This document shows, piece by piece, positions 51,566 to 61,880 of a stretch of 64,000 bases of DNA. This DNA is from an uncultured delta proteobacterium (lineage in GTDB: Bacteria; Desulfobacterota; RBG-13-43-22), in NCBI GenBank assembly GCA_963802945.1, contig CAWDKY010000027.1, forward strand, positions 32,001 through 96,000, in the 5' to 3' direction. Below the pieces are notes generated by a model. That model made no database searches. It had not been told where the DNA came from and worked only from the letters and a program-made list of their open reading frames with translations. The position numbers were made by a program, and so were the translations under genes. Position 1 is the first letter of the stretch; each line of letters opens with the position of its first letter.

Positions 51566-51699
51566 GCCGGACATGAACACTCCTTTTAGGTTTATTCGTT
51601 ACTGATCCAAAGAAAAGTTGGGCAACAGGAACTTTCATATTAATAATTGAAAGGCCGGGCAGTAACAACTCATTATTTTCGCTAATGCTCTTTCCTATC

Positions 51700-52815
51700 T
51701 TAGGCAAACCGGCACAGCGGTTGGCGGGTTCCTGTTTTGGTCATGACAATCTGCCATAACTGAATGTTCCGGGCACGGAAGGACCCGGCACACGACAGGA
51801 GGTAATATTCCCATATCCTTTTAAAAACCGGATCATATCTGCCGGAAAGGGCGTTCCAGGCTTTTTGAAAGCGGTCATTCCAAGCCAGGAGGGTTCTGTC
51901 ATAGTGAGGGCCGAGATTGTGGAGGTCCTCGATAGTGAAAAGATCCTCCGCTGCCTTGGCAATCTGAGTGATGCTGGGCAGCATTCCGTTGGGAAAGATA
52001 TAGCGGTTGATCCAGGGATCGCAGTTGATTTGGGAAACATTGCCGCCGATGGTATGGAGGAGAAAGATCCCTTCCTCTTTCAGACAGCGGTGGGCGATTT
52101 TCATAAACGTCCGGTAGTTCTTCTGTCCCACGTGTTCGAACATTCCGACGGATACGATCTTGTCGAAGCGCCCCTCGATCTGCCGGTAATCCTGACAGAG
52201 GATTTTCACCGGCAGATCCTTACAGGACTCGCGGGCGTGCCGGATCTGCTCCTCGGAAATATTGACGGCCGTAACTTGGCAGCCGTAATGTTCGGCGGCA
52301 TAGCGGGCAAAACCGCCCCAGCCGCAGCCAATGTCCAGAATGTGATCCTTGGGGTGCAGGTCGATTTTTTGGCAAATGAGATCGAGTTTTTTCTCCTGGG
52401 CTTTTATCAGATCGTTTGTTCCCTGGAAGTAGGCGCAGCTGTACTGATTGTAGGGGTCTAAAAAGGAAAAGAAAAGATCGTTTCCAAGATCGTAGTGCCT
52501 ATGGGCGACGATCTTGGCCCGGCCTAATGACTGGCGGTTGAAAACCCAAGCCGAGAGGTAAGCCAAAAGCAGTCTGAGATTCCCGCGGACTTTCTCTTCC
52601 AGATTTCCTTTGAGAACCCGCCAGATAAATTCATCTATCCGGGCACAGTCCCACCAGCCCGCCATGTAGGATTCCCCAAGCCCGAGGTTGCCGTCCTTAA
52701 GCACGCGGGCATAAAATCGCTCATCCCGCACCTGAATGTCCCAGGGATCAGGACCGTTGATCCGGACGCCGGCTTCGGAAATCAATTGCTCGACTATTTT
52801 TTTGCTGCCATTCAT
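51700..52815 (-). CDS. cfa: Cyclopropane fatty acyl phospholipid synthase
   Basis: LGLGESYM.GWW, HYDLGNDLF, LDIGCGWG, SVGMFEHVG, YIFPNG. Confidence 0.95.
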   Translation of the reverse strand: MNGSKKIVEQLISEAGVRINGPDPWDIQVRDERFYARVLKDGNLGLGESYMAGWWDCARIDEFIWRVLKGNLEEKVRGNLRLLLAYLSAWVFNRQSLGRAKIVAHRHYDLGNDLFFSFLDPYNQYSCAYFQGTNDLIKAQEKKLDLICQKIDLHPKDHILDIGCGWGGFARYAAEHYGCQVTAVNISEEQIRHARESCKDLPVKILCQDYRQIEGRFDKIVSVGMFEHVGQKNYRTFMKIAHRCLKEEGIFLLHTIGGNVSQINCDPWINRYIFPNGMLPSITQIAKAAEDLFTIEDLHNLGPHYDRTLLAWNDRFQKAWNALSGRYDPVFKRIWEYYLLSCAGSFRARNIQLWQIVMTKTGTRQPLCRFA

Positions 52816-52969
52816 GGCTCGCCTCCCTGTCCTTATCCCTTTTGAAGAGGATGACCTTGCCACCTTGCCAGGCCCCACCCGGCGCCCTGAATCTGCGGCA
52901 GCTTCGTCTCTGGCAGTATCGACCTTCAAGCTTATACTACCCGGCTAATCGGGAATAGATGGACAGAAA

Positions 52970-53476
52970 TTAAATCCCTGCCTCCCTATACTTTTCAAAA
53001 AACGCCAAATAGGATTGATTCCCGGCTTCAAGCCGCTTCATGACACCTGATTTAACTTCACCCTGGATCTTGCCGGGGACGCCCACCACAAAGGAGCGGT
53101 CCGGGATCTTCATGCCTGGGCTGACCACACAGCCTGCGCCGATGACGCAATAATCACCAATCTCGCTGTTATCGAGTATGGTAGCGTTACTGCCGATCAG
53201 GGTATTATTCCCGATCCTTTTCCCATGAAGAACGACGCTGTGCCCGATAATGACCTGATTCCCGATCTCCATGGGCTGGCCGCAATGGACCACGCAATTG
53301 TCTTCAATGATGGTCCGGCAACCAATTTTGATGGAGGCGAAATCTCCTCTGATGACCACTCCGGGCCAGATCCCGGATTGTTGCCCTATTTCTACATCTC
53401 CGATAATATAGGCAGTCTGGCAAATATAGGCCGATTCGGAAATCTTGGGTTCCTTACCGTTAAAAGTCTTGATCAT
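52970..53476 (-). CDS. Gamma-carbonic anhydrase family protein
   Basis: IIGDVEIG, VIRGD, EDNCVVH, IGHSVVLHG. Confidence 0.9.
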   Translation of the reverse strand: MIKTFNGKEPKISESAYICQTAYIIGDVEIGQQSGIWPGVVIRGDFASIKIGCRTIIEDNCVVHCGQPMEIGNQVIIGHSVVLHGKRIGNNTLIGSNATILDNSEIGDYCVIGAGCVVSPGMKIPDRSFVVGVPGKIQGEVKSGVMKRLEAGNQSYLAFFEKYREAGI

Positions 53477-53498
53477 GATATTTTCCTGTTCATAGATT

Positions 53499-53652
53499 AA
53501 CAGGTTGCTGAAAAAAATCTATTTACTGCGTTGCCCTCATCCCTCGTCATTGAGACGTACTCCTTTGTACGACTCATTCCTCGGGATTTCGGGCGCCTTA
53601 TATCTGGACTCTTTTGAGTAACCTGTAAAAATAAGTTTTTCCGCATCCTGTT
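53499..53652. mobile_element. MITE-like element with nested right ends
   Basis: Left AACAGGTTGCTGAAAAA; right ends TTTTGAGTAACCTGT (53612-53626) and TTTTTCCGCATCCTGTT (53636-53652); internal palindromes; no credible gene. Confidence 0.65.
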
Positions 53653-53662
53653 GATTTGAGAT

Positions 53663-53950
53663 TCATCCTCCGGCAAGAATAGCCAGGATGCGAATCTCAT
53701 CGTCAAGCTTGAGAGCCCTATCCAGAAGGCCTTTGGTGTTTAAGTTCAAGATCACTTCATTGTTGATGCCGATTAAAACCCGGAGCAGATCATTCGGATC
53801 AAATAACCAACTTCGAATCTCGGGGTATTGCCGGATAAGATCATCCAGGCCTTCTCCGATGGTTTTCCCGTAAACTTCCACTGTTTCGGGAATCTGCAAA
53901 TGTTCTTGTAAAACCGGGGCTATTTTAACCAGGGTAGTCATTTTTTCCAT
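53663..53950 (-). CDS. MoaD/ThiS family sulfur carrier
   Basis: Beta-grasp size; ends in LAGG. Confidence 0.85.
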   Translation of the reverse strand: MEKMTTLVKIAPVLQEHLQIPETVEVYGKTIGEGLDDLIRQYPEIRSWLFDPNDLLRVLIGINNEVILNLNTKGLLDRALKLDDEIRILAILAGG

Positions 53951-54083
53951 GACGATATTTAAGCGCGAAAAAAAAGAATCCAGAATAAAGGCTCTTGATT
54001 CCTTGATTCAAAATTTTATTTTCATGCTTCGTGGTGCCCCGCCCCTGGCAGGAGTAGGACGGTTTATGGTTTAATCTTGAACC

Positions 54084-56339
54084 TTAATCCTGGTTTTTCT
54101 TTTGTTGCTTAATGCCTTTTAACACTACCTCAGGAGTCAGGGGTAATTCCTTAAACCTTACTCCTGTGGCAGCATAAACGGCGTTGGCCACAGCCGCCAG
54201 GACCGGGATCATGGGCGGCTCACCGGCGTGCCTCAAGCCGTAAACCCCTTTTGAAGAGCCGACCTCGACGATCAAGGTCTCTATCATGGGGACGTCGGTG
54301 GCGGTAGGCATTTTATAATCCAGCAGGGTTGCGTTTTGCATCACCCCTTTTTCAAAAATATAATTCTCCATCAAAGCCCAGCCGATACCCTGGGTGACCG
54401 CACCCTGTATCTGTCCCTCAATGGACAGAGGATTAATGGCCAAACCCACATCCTGGGCCACGGCATAGGCCAGTATCCTGACCTTCCCGGTTTCTTGGTC
54501 TACCTCTACATCGGCAGCCTGAACCGATAAGGTAGGTGCAGGGGGAAGCCCATTTGCAGCGCCTCTGCCCAATACAGGCCCTTGGCCAAAGATCACTGCC
54601 GTTGATCTGGCAAGTTCCGCAAAGGAAATTGATTTCCCGGTATTTCCTTTTACCTGAAAAAGTCCTTGGGCGAATTTAATTTCGGAAGGGTTCACGCCGA
54701 ATCTTTTTGCGGCCAGAGCGCTCATCTGGACCTTAACATCCTGGCAGGCCCGAACCACAGCGGTACTCAAGGAATAAACCGTCAAACTGCCGACCGACAT
54801 GGTCGCCCAGGGAGCAGTCTCCGTATCACCAATGACCACCTTGACTTTATTAATGGGGAGGTTGAGCTCTTCGGCGGCGATCTGGGCAATACTGGTGCGG
54901 CTGCCGGAGATATCGGTCAGGCCAAGCACCAGGTTGATTGACCCGTCGCTGTTGACCTGGATATTAGCTCCGAAACCTGCCGAGGCCCCGCGCCAGAAAC
55001 CGCAGGCAATGCCCCGTCCTCGATTTCTGCCTTCCAAGGGCCCTTTTCTTTCTAAATACCCGGCCATCCTTTCCAGAGTTTCTTTAAAACCGACCCGGGG
55101 CAACACTTCGCCAATAGGCAGCCTATCCCCCTCCTTGGCTGCATTCAGAATACGCAATTGTAATGGGTCCATCTTCAGCTGCTCGGCCATGATATCCAGA
55201 TGGGATTCTATGGCAAAGTGGGCCTGAGGAATGGCCGGTGCGCGGTAAAAGGCCGAGGGTACTTTGTTGGTAAGCACATCTTTGGTATCGATGCACACAT
55301 TGGGGATATGATACTGGCAAAATACGTTGCCGCCGGTGAACATGGCATGGGACATCTCCGGAAAAGCACCGCCATCATAAATGATCTCGGCTGAGGCGGC
55401 TGTAATGAGGCCTTTTTTAGTCAGGCCCATCTTGATGGTGATGATGGAATCGGGAGCCGGACGACTGTCTTTCAGCACTTCCTCCCTGGTCATCTCCATC
55501 CTGACCGGGCGGCCGGATTTCATGGCCAGCAAGGCACAAAGAGGGGCCAGCGGCTGATAGGTTTTTCCTCCAAAGGCGCCGCCGATTTCCACCGGAACGA
55601 TTTTAACCTGACTTCGCGGTACTCCCAAAAAATAGGCGATCATCTGCCGGGCCATAAAGACGCCCTGACTTTGGGTCCATATCGTCACCTGGCCGCTGAC
55701 CGAGACGGCAGCAACGGCGGCAAAAGGTTCAATAAATCCATGGTGGACCTTTTGGGTACGGTAGGTGTTTTCCAGAATAAGGTCCGCTTTCTTGAATCCG
55801 GCCTTTAAATCACCCTTATCTATCTTCGTGTGATAGGCAATATTACTGGGTTTGTCTCTTTTGCCGGGTGTGGGATTAGTGATGACATTGGTATAGAGTT
55901 CGGGATGAATCAAGGGCGAAGAGGGTTGCATGGCCTCCAAAATATCGAGCACTGCTGGCATTGGCTCATAGTCTACCTCGATTAGGTCCAGGGCCTTTTC
56001 CGTTATCTCCAGGCTTAGGGCCGCCACTACGGCCACGGGCTGTCCCGCATAGACGACCTTGCCTTTGGCCAGGTGCGGCAATTCGTTAAAGGTCAGTTCG
56101 TTTCCTTTTTTATAGCCAGGTACGTCCGAAGCGGTAATCACGGCCATGACCCCATCCAAGTCTTGAGCCTTGCGAACATTTAAACGCCGGATAACGGCAT
56201 GGGGCAGAGGGCTCCTGAGCACCTGGCCGTGAAGCATATTGGGCAAAGCAATATCCCCGCTGAAAACGGCCTCTCCGGTAACTTTGCTGATGGCGTCCAC
56301 CCGGGGTAGGCGCTGGCCGACAACAGAATATTTTGCCAT
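54084..56339 (-). CDS. Xanthine dehydrogenase family Mo-binding subunit
   Basis: KVTGEA, RSPLPHA, IGGAFGGK, FYRAP, EGQIQG, GEPP. Confidence 0.93.
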   Translation of the reverse strand: MAKYSVVGQRLPRVDAISKVTGEAVFSGDIALPNMLHGQVLRSPLPHAVIRRLNVRKAQDLDGVMAVITASDVPGYKKGNELTFNELPHLAKGKVVYAGQPVAVVAALSLEITEKALDLIEVDYEPMPAVLDILEAMQPSSPLIHPELYTNVITNPTPGKRDKPSNIAYHTKIDKGDLKAGFKKADLILENTYRTQKVHHGFIEPFAAVAAVSVSGQVTIWTQSQGVFMARQMIAYFLGVPRSQVKIVPVEIGGAFGGKTYQPLAPLCALLAMKSGRPVRMEMTREEVLKDSRPAPDSIITIKMGLTKKGLITAASAEIIYDGGAFPEMSHAMFTGGNVFCQYHIPNVCIDTKDVLTNKVPSAFYRAPAIPQAHFAIESHLDIMAEQLKMDPLQLRILNAAKEGDRLPIGEVLPRVGFKETLERMAGYLERKGPLEGRNRGRGIACGFWRGASAGFGANIQVNSDGSINLVLGLTDISGSRTSIAQIAAEELNLPINKVKVVIGDTETAPWATMSVGSLTVYSLSTAVVRACQDVKVQMSALAAKRFGVNPSEIKFAQGLFQVKGNTGKSISFAELARSTAVIFGQGPVLGRGAANGLPPAPTLSVQAADVEVDQETGKVRILAYAVAQDVGLAINPLSIEGQIQGAVTQGIGWALMENYIFEKGVMQNATLLDYKMPTATDVPMIETLIVEVGSSKGVYGLRHAGEPPMIPVLAAVANAVYAATGVRFKELPLTPEVVLKGIKQQKKNQD

Positions 56340-56806
56340 CAGGCCCTCCCTTTATCCGTGGTCCGAGCAACACTCATGATGGCCCGGATGATTTTATCGT
56401 AGCCGGTGCATCGGCAGAGGTTACCAGCTATGGCCTCTCTGATTTGGGTTTCGGAAGGCATCGGATTTGAATCCAGGAAGGCTTTGGCCGTAAGAATCAT
56501 ACCCGGTGTACAGAATCCGCATTGTACCGCACCTTCATCCATGAAGGCCTGCTGGAGAGGATGGAGTTTACCCTCCTGGGCCAATCCTTCGATGGTGGTG
56601 ATTTCTTTCCCTTTGGCCTCAGCGATAAAGACCAGGCAGGCGTTAACTGCTTGGCCGTCCATCAGAACCGTGCAGGAACCGCAACTCCCGGTGCCGCAGC
56701 CTTCTTTGGTCCCGGTGAATCCCAGTTCATACCGAAGCACCTCTAATAAGGTGCGCCAAGGCTTGGCTGCAATTTTATAGTCTCGGCCATTGACTTTTAT
56801 TTTCAT
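56339..56806 (-). CDS. 2x[2Fe-2S] subunit
   Basis: GCGTGSCGSC, QCGFCTPG, GNLCRCTGY. Confidence 0.95.
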   Translation of the reverse strand: MKIKVNGRDYKIAAKPWRTLLEVLRYELGFTGTKEGCGTGSCGSCTVLMDGQAVNACLVFIAEAKGKEITTIEGLAQEGKLHPLQQAFMDEGAVQCGFCTPGMILTAKAFLDSNPMPSETQIREAIAGNLCRCTGYDKIIRAIMSVARTTDKGRA

Positions 56807-56958
56807 GGTATTTTTGCTCTTAAAAAATTACCAAGGCTATTTGTGAAAATTTTCACTTCAGTCTTACCCGTCGGAGATGAAAGGCTGATTAGGTCCCATT
56901 TAAAGATGCTGGATACTGGATGCTGAATACTGCATTTAGGGTTTTTATCAAGTATCTA

Positions 56959-58093
56959 TAGTTAACGCCATAAATAAGTAGACATTATGTGCATTCCATG
57001 CTATAATGACTCCCAATAAAATCACATTGGGAGGAAAGCCATGAAAGCTCTAAGCCTCGATCACCCAAAGATGACGCGAGAGACCTTGTTACGAATGGCC
57101 GATGAAATTCCGGGAGCTTGGATCGGCATGCGGATCGCCGGTTATCTTCTGCTCTTGGCCGGGTGGAAATCCACGGCTGTTGCCGAACTGTTCGGGTTGA
57201 CCCGGTGGACGGTGGTGAAATGGATTCATAAGAGCAACGAGGAGGGAATTGGGGCTGTCCGCGATCGATTTCGCCCTGGCCGGCCTTCCCACTTGGATGA
57301 TCGCTTGAAGAGGGAACTGGACGTGGTCTTGTCCAAGTCTCCGAAAGACTATGGCATTGCCCGGGTCCGGTGGGATGGGGTGGTCTTGACGGAATATTTG
57401 AAGCGTTTTCATCGCATAACCATCCATGTCCGCCATGCCCAACGGTGGATACGTCAGTTGGGGTATTCCCTGAGGCAGCCGATGTACCGGTTTGTTCAGG
57501 CTTCCCAGGAAGGGGTAGAGGCATTTCAGAGGGAATTAAAAAAAACTCCGCCAGGCCGAAAAGAGCGAAGGAAGAAGAATCATTCTGTTTGAGGACGAAA
57601 GCGGGTTTAGTCTTCATCCGAGGCTGGGTCGTGTCTGGGTAAAGAAAGGAACGCAACCGTACGTCTCCACCCGGAGCCAACATCAGAAGCGGCTTAATCT
57701 CTTTGGATGGGTCGCTCCCGTTGATGGGCTGCATGGCATGATGAAATGGAGGAAGGGCAATACCGAGGGCTTTATGCGGCTTCTCAAAAGCATCATGATA
57801 CGTTTCAAAGATAAGAGTATCGATCTTTGGATAGATCGAGCCCCATGGCACAGGGGAGAGATGGTGGAGCACTTTCGGAGTCAACACCGTCGAGTGCATC
57901 TTCACTATCTTCCGCCCTACCATCCGGAGCTGAATTATCAAGAAACTCTTTGGCGAACCATGCGCTATGAGGAAACAACGAATGCCTTTTTTGAGACTCT
58001 TGAAACCCTGGAGGTCTCTGTCTTTAAAAGGTCGCAACGATGGAAACCTCAAAAGATAAAATCTTTATGTCCACTTATTTAAGACGTTCACTA
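56959..58093 (+). mobile_element. IS630-family insertion sequence, copy 2 (1135 bp)
   Basis: Same IRs and identical ORF translations as copy 1; TA duplication at a CTAG target. Confidence 0.95.
57041..58082 (+). CDS. IS630 transposase (HTH and DDE frames joined at an A8 run)
   Basis: RPGRP, IRQLGYS, then KKLRQ..ILFEDES in the +1 frame. Confidence 0.9.
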
Positions 58094-58208
58094 TAGTATC
58101 GGTCTTTGGTTTTATCCAGTATCTTTCCTTAAGAACTGTTGACTCCGAGACGATAAAATCTTAAAATTAACTTCTTAGATTTAAAATGTAAGAATCTAAT
58201 CTTTTTTC

Positions 58209-59105
58209 CTAAACCTCAATCCCTAGTTCTTTACAGGCTGTTCTCAGTGTCCTTTGAACCAGCACTCTCACTAATTCCCGTCGATATTCCGCAGAACCGC
58301 GTACATCCGAAATCGGGCCGGCCTCTTTGGCAGCCTGCTCCGCGGCCCGTTCAACCAACACCGGCGTCATCTTTTTGCCGACCAGGACGGCTTCGGCTCT
58401 AAGGGCCCTTAGGGGTGTGGGGGCAACGGCCCCCAGGGCGATTCGAGCCGTTTTCAATCGCCCATTTTCTGTTGCTGAAATTAAAAAAGAAGCCACTCCG
58501 GCCACGGCGATATCCATTTCTTCCCGGGTGGTATGCCTCAGGTAGCAACCGGCTGAATGCGCGGGAGGCGTGGGGATTACTATTTCCACCAGGAGTTCGT
58601 CATCGGCTAAAGCGGTTTTTCCCGGGGCCAGGAAAAAACCATTTAAAGCCATGGTGCGGCTGCCCCTGCTGGAAGCCAAGACGACCTTGGCTCCAAGACA
58701 GAGCAAGGGAGGTGCCGAATCGGCTGAAGGGGCGGCATTACAAATATTTCCCCCAATGGTTCCCCGATTTTTTATTGGTATTGACCCAATAAGGAAGCAA
58801 GCCTGCCAGAGGATACCGAATTCTTGAGGCAGCCCGTTGAAGGCCAGCAGCCGACTTAAGGGGACCGCAGCACCGAGCCGCAGTCCCTTCTGTGCGCTCC
58901 ATTCCAATCTATTCAGTTCAGGGACTTGCTTCACATCAACGACAATGGAAGGACAAACCAGCCCCTGCTTCATGAGTAACATCAGGTCCGTGCCTCCGGC
59001 CAGAATTTTAACAATGCGGTCCTTGGTCTCCAGGATCTTTAACACCTCAGGCAATGTATTCGGGGCTCGGTATTGAAATTTACCGATTGAGCGAAAATGG
59101 GTCAT
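58209..59105 (-). CDS. FAD-binding (medium) subunit of the Mo-hydroxylase
   Basis: LAGGTDL, IKNRGTIGGN, PISDVRGSAEYR. Confidence 0.94.
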   Translation of the reverse strand: MTHFRSIGKFQYRAPNTLPEVLKILETKDRIVKILAGGTDLMLLMKQGLVCPSIVVDVKQVPELNRLEWSAQKGLRLGAAVPLSRLLAFNGLPQEFGILWQACFLIGSIPIKNRGTIGGNICNAAPSADSAPPLLCLGAKVVLASSRGSRTMALNGFFLAPGKTALADDELLVEIVIPTPPAHSAGCYLRHTTREEMDIAVAGVASFLISATENGRLKTARIALGAVAPTPLRALRAEAVLVGKKMTPVLVERAAEQAAKEAGPISDVRGSAEYRRELVRVLVQRTLRTACKELGIEV

Positions 59106-59405
59106 AAAACTTCACTATATTTTTTCTTTATCCTGTTAATGAGTGTATAATAAAAAACTCATAAATAGATAGGTTCAATGATGCTTTTTCTGGAGGGATT
59201 GGCGGAAGGGCGCTGCCCTTTCCTGACTTATCAGTGGGGAAAACCGCAGCCCACCTGCATGCTTTTCGCAGGTGGGAATGCGGAGGGGGAAAGGATCCCC
59301 CATGGATAAGTCGGAGAAAAGACCAGCCCGAGAGCCACCACACGGAAGAAAATGCATCTTTGAACCGTCCAGACTATTTTTCTCTTATTGGTAAGTCACC
59401 TTAGG

Positions 59406-61506
59406 TTATTTCAAAATGATCGAGGCGTCAACGGCTATGGGCTTGCCGTCTACGACCAATAGGGGATTGACGTCGATTTCCTGGATCTGATCAAAGGATA
59501 AAGCCATCTCCCCCAAACGGATCAGCCATTGAGCCAGGAGGTCCATGTCCACCGGTTTTGAGCCTCGAAATCCTTTAAACAAGACCTGCCCTTTCAGTTT
59601 GGATACCATCCGATAAACATCCGCCGGGTTTAAAGGGACCAGTCGGAAAACCACATCTTTATAAATCTCGGCCCGGACCCCGCCCAGTCCCAGCATGACA
59701 GCCGGTCCAAACTGGGGGTCTCGAATGATCCCGGCGATCAGCTCCAGGCCTCCCTTAAGCATAGGTTGAACTAAAAACGATGCGGGTCGGCTCCCTTCGA
59801 CCTCCATCTGCCGACAGGCAGAGACTACCTGCTCAGGTGTATTCAAATTCAATTTGACCAGCCCGGCCTCGGTTTTATGGATTAGGCCTTCCTGAAGGCC
59901 TTTGAGAACCACCGGATAGCCTAATTCCTGGGCAGCCGACAAGACTTCCTCCAACCGGCCGGCTGATTTTTTCTTCGACCACGATCAATCCGGCATCCTT
60001 CAGCCACTTTTTGGACTCCTGTTCATCAAGGATCCTGGGACCGGTCTTGGCCCTGTTTTGTATTTCTTCTTTCAAAGCAACGGGAATTTCGGGAAGGGCC
60101 GGCAAAGCGGAAACGGTTATTTTTTGCCGGCCTTCAAAAAGATCGGCCATGATTTTGCTTAGGCGGTGGATTTCAAAATAGACCGGATAACCTAATTCTT
60201 CAAGGGTCAAACGGGTATTTTCATAGCCTTCACCCGATCCGAATACCCAGAAGATTATTGGTTTTTGAGGACCGGAAGCTGGGATTCTCGAAAGCATCTC
60301 GGCCAGTTTCGTGGTCTTGCTTCCTGCCGGGGGGAACATATGAACGATAATCCCGTCCACTTCCGGGGCCTCATGAAGGATAGCGATTCCGGCCTGGTAA
60401 GCCTTCCGCTGGCCCATCTGTTCCATGGTCGGATAAAAGTCCACCGGATTTTTTATCGGCATCCAGGGAGGAGATATTTCTTCCAGACGCCTAAGGGTTT
60501 GGGGTGACAGCTCGGCCAAGGCCAGACCGTATTTCTCCAGATAGTCCGAATTAACGATTCCAGCCGCTCCACTGTAAGTCAAGACGGCAATTTGTGCCTT
60601 TCTCTCCAGGGAGTGCGGAAGGGGGAAGCCCTTATCCAAACAGCGGGCCATATCGACCATTTCAAAAAAATCATCGGACTGGTATACGGCGGCTTGTTCC
60701 AGAGCACCGCGAGCCACTTCATAATTACCGGCCAGGGAGCCGGTGTGACTGGCTGAGGCTCTGGCCCCCGAGGGCATTTTCCCACCCTTAAGAACCACGA
60801 TCGGTTTTTGAGATAAGCGGGCCATCTCGAAAAACCGTTTTCCATTGGGAATGGATTCCAGGTACATGGCTATGACCTTGGTGGCCGGGTCTTTTAAAAA
60901 ATACTCCAACAACTCGGTTTCTTCCACATCACACTTATTGCCGATGGAGCAGGCTTTGGCCAGACCAAGGCTTTTATTGGCCATGAGGGTGGTGATAAAT
61001 CCACCGGACAGGAGTCCGCTCTGAACGATTAGTGATACCCCTCCGGGATTGAAGGTCCCTTCCCAGGATTCAGGCTGGATAAAAGAGAAGACGTATTTTT
61101 TAGAGAGATCGATGAGCCCCATACAATTGGGTCCCCAGAGGCGTAATCCCCCTTTCTGGGCAATTGACAGACAGTGATCCTGAAGGGCCTTCCCTTCGTG
61201 TCCAATCTCGGCAAAACCGCTGCATTCGAGAATGGCCCCTCGAACACCTCGAGCGATGCATTGCTCCAGCACGGCCGGAACGGCCCGGGCCGGGATAAAG
61301 ACCAGGGCCAGGTCAATGGGATCCGGCACATCTAAAATAGAGGGGTAACATTTCTTGTCGAAAAGTTCATCATATTTGGGGTTGATCGGATAGATGGGAC
61401 CGTCATATCCCAGGCAGAGATTGATTAATAGATTACGTCCTCCGCCAAAACGATCAGGTGTAGCGCCGATCACCGCCACCCCCTTGGGCTCGAAGAAAAA
61501 ATCCAT
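59406..61506 (-). CDS. Acetate/acyl-CoA ligase (ADP-forming) family (frameshift near 59968)
   Basis: GPNCMG, QSG, SHTGSLAG, NPVD, GYPVVLK, IHKTEAG, DVNPL. Confidence 0.92.
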
Positions 61507-61880
61507 GGCATCCTTTTCCGGGTCGAATCTCGACCTTTTGATATGTGAACACTTATTGTAAAATAGGTTTTACTTTGATCTTCAAAGGGTGGTGGCTATT
61601 CTAAAAAAGCCTCGATAGGGTGTCAAGAGATTTCGGAAACCTGTTCGCTTCCTCCCTGCCTAACATCAGGTTTCAAGGATATCGATCATAGTCCTGTTTT
61701 GCAACTTTTGTTTAATTCATCTTCGGGGTATAAAATTCAGTGATAATAGGGTCCGAGGATTCCAGGATCGAGAGTTTAATCCCGCCAAAGGCGGGACGTG
61801 GCCCCTTAAATCCTTAGAATAATTTCCAAGCTTCTCGTTGCCCTCCTCGAATGACAATTCTAAAATGGAAGTAGCGTCTG

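Noticed and set aside
31142-58093. Composite transposon bounded by the two IS630 copies
   Set aside because: Each copy has its own reconstructable empty site, so these are independent insertions
54084-59105. Specific call as 4-hydroxybenzoyl-CoA reductase or aerobic CO dehydrogenase
   Set aside because: The FAD subunit lacks the 4Fe-4S insertion of HcrB and the large subunit lacks the CoxL AYxCSFR motif
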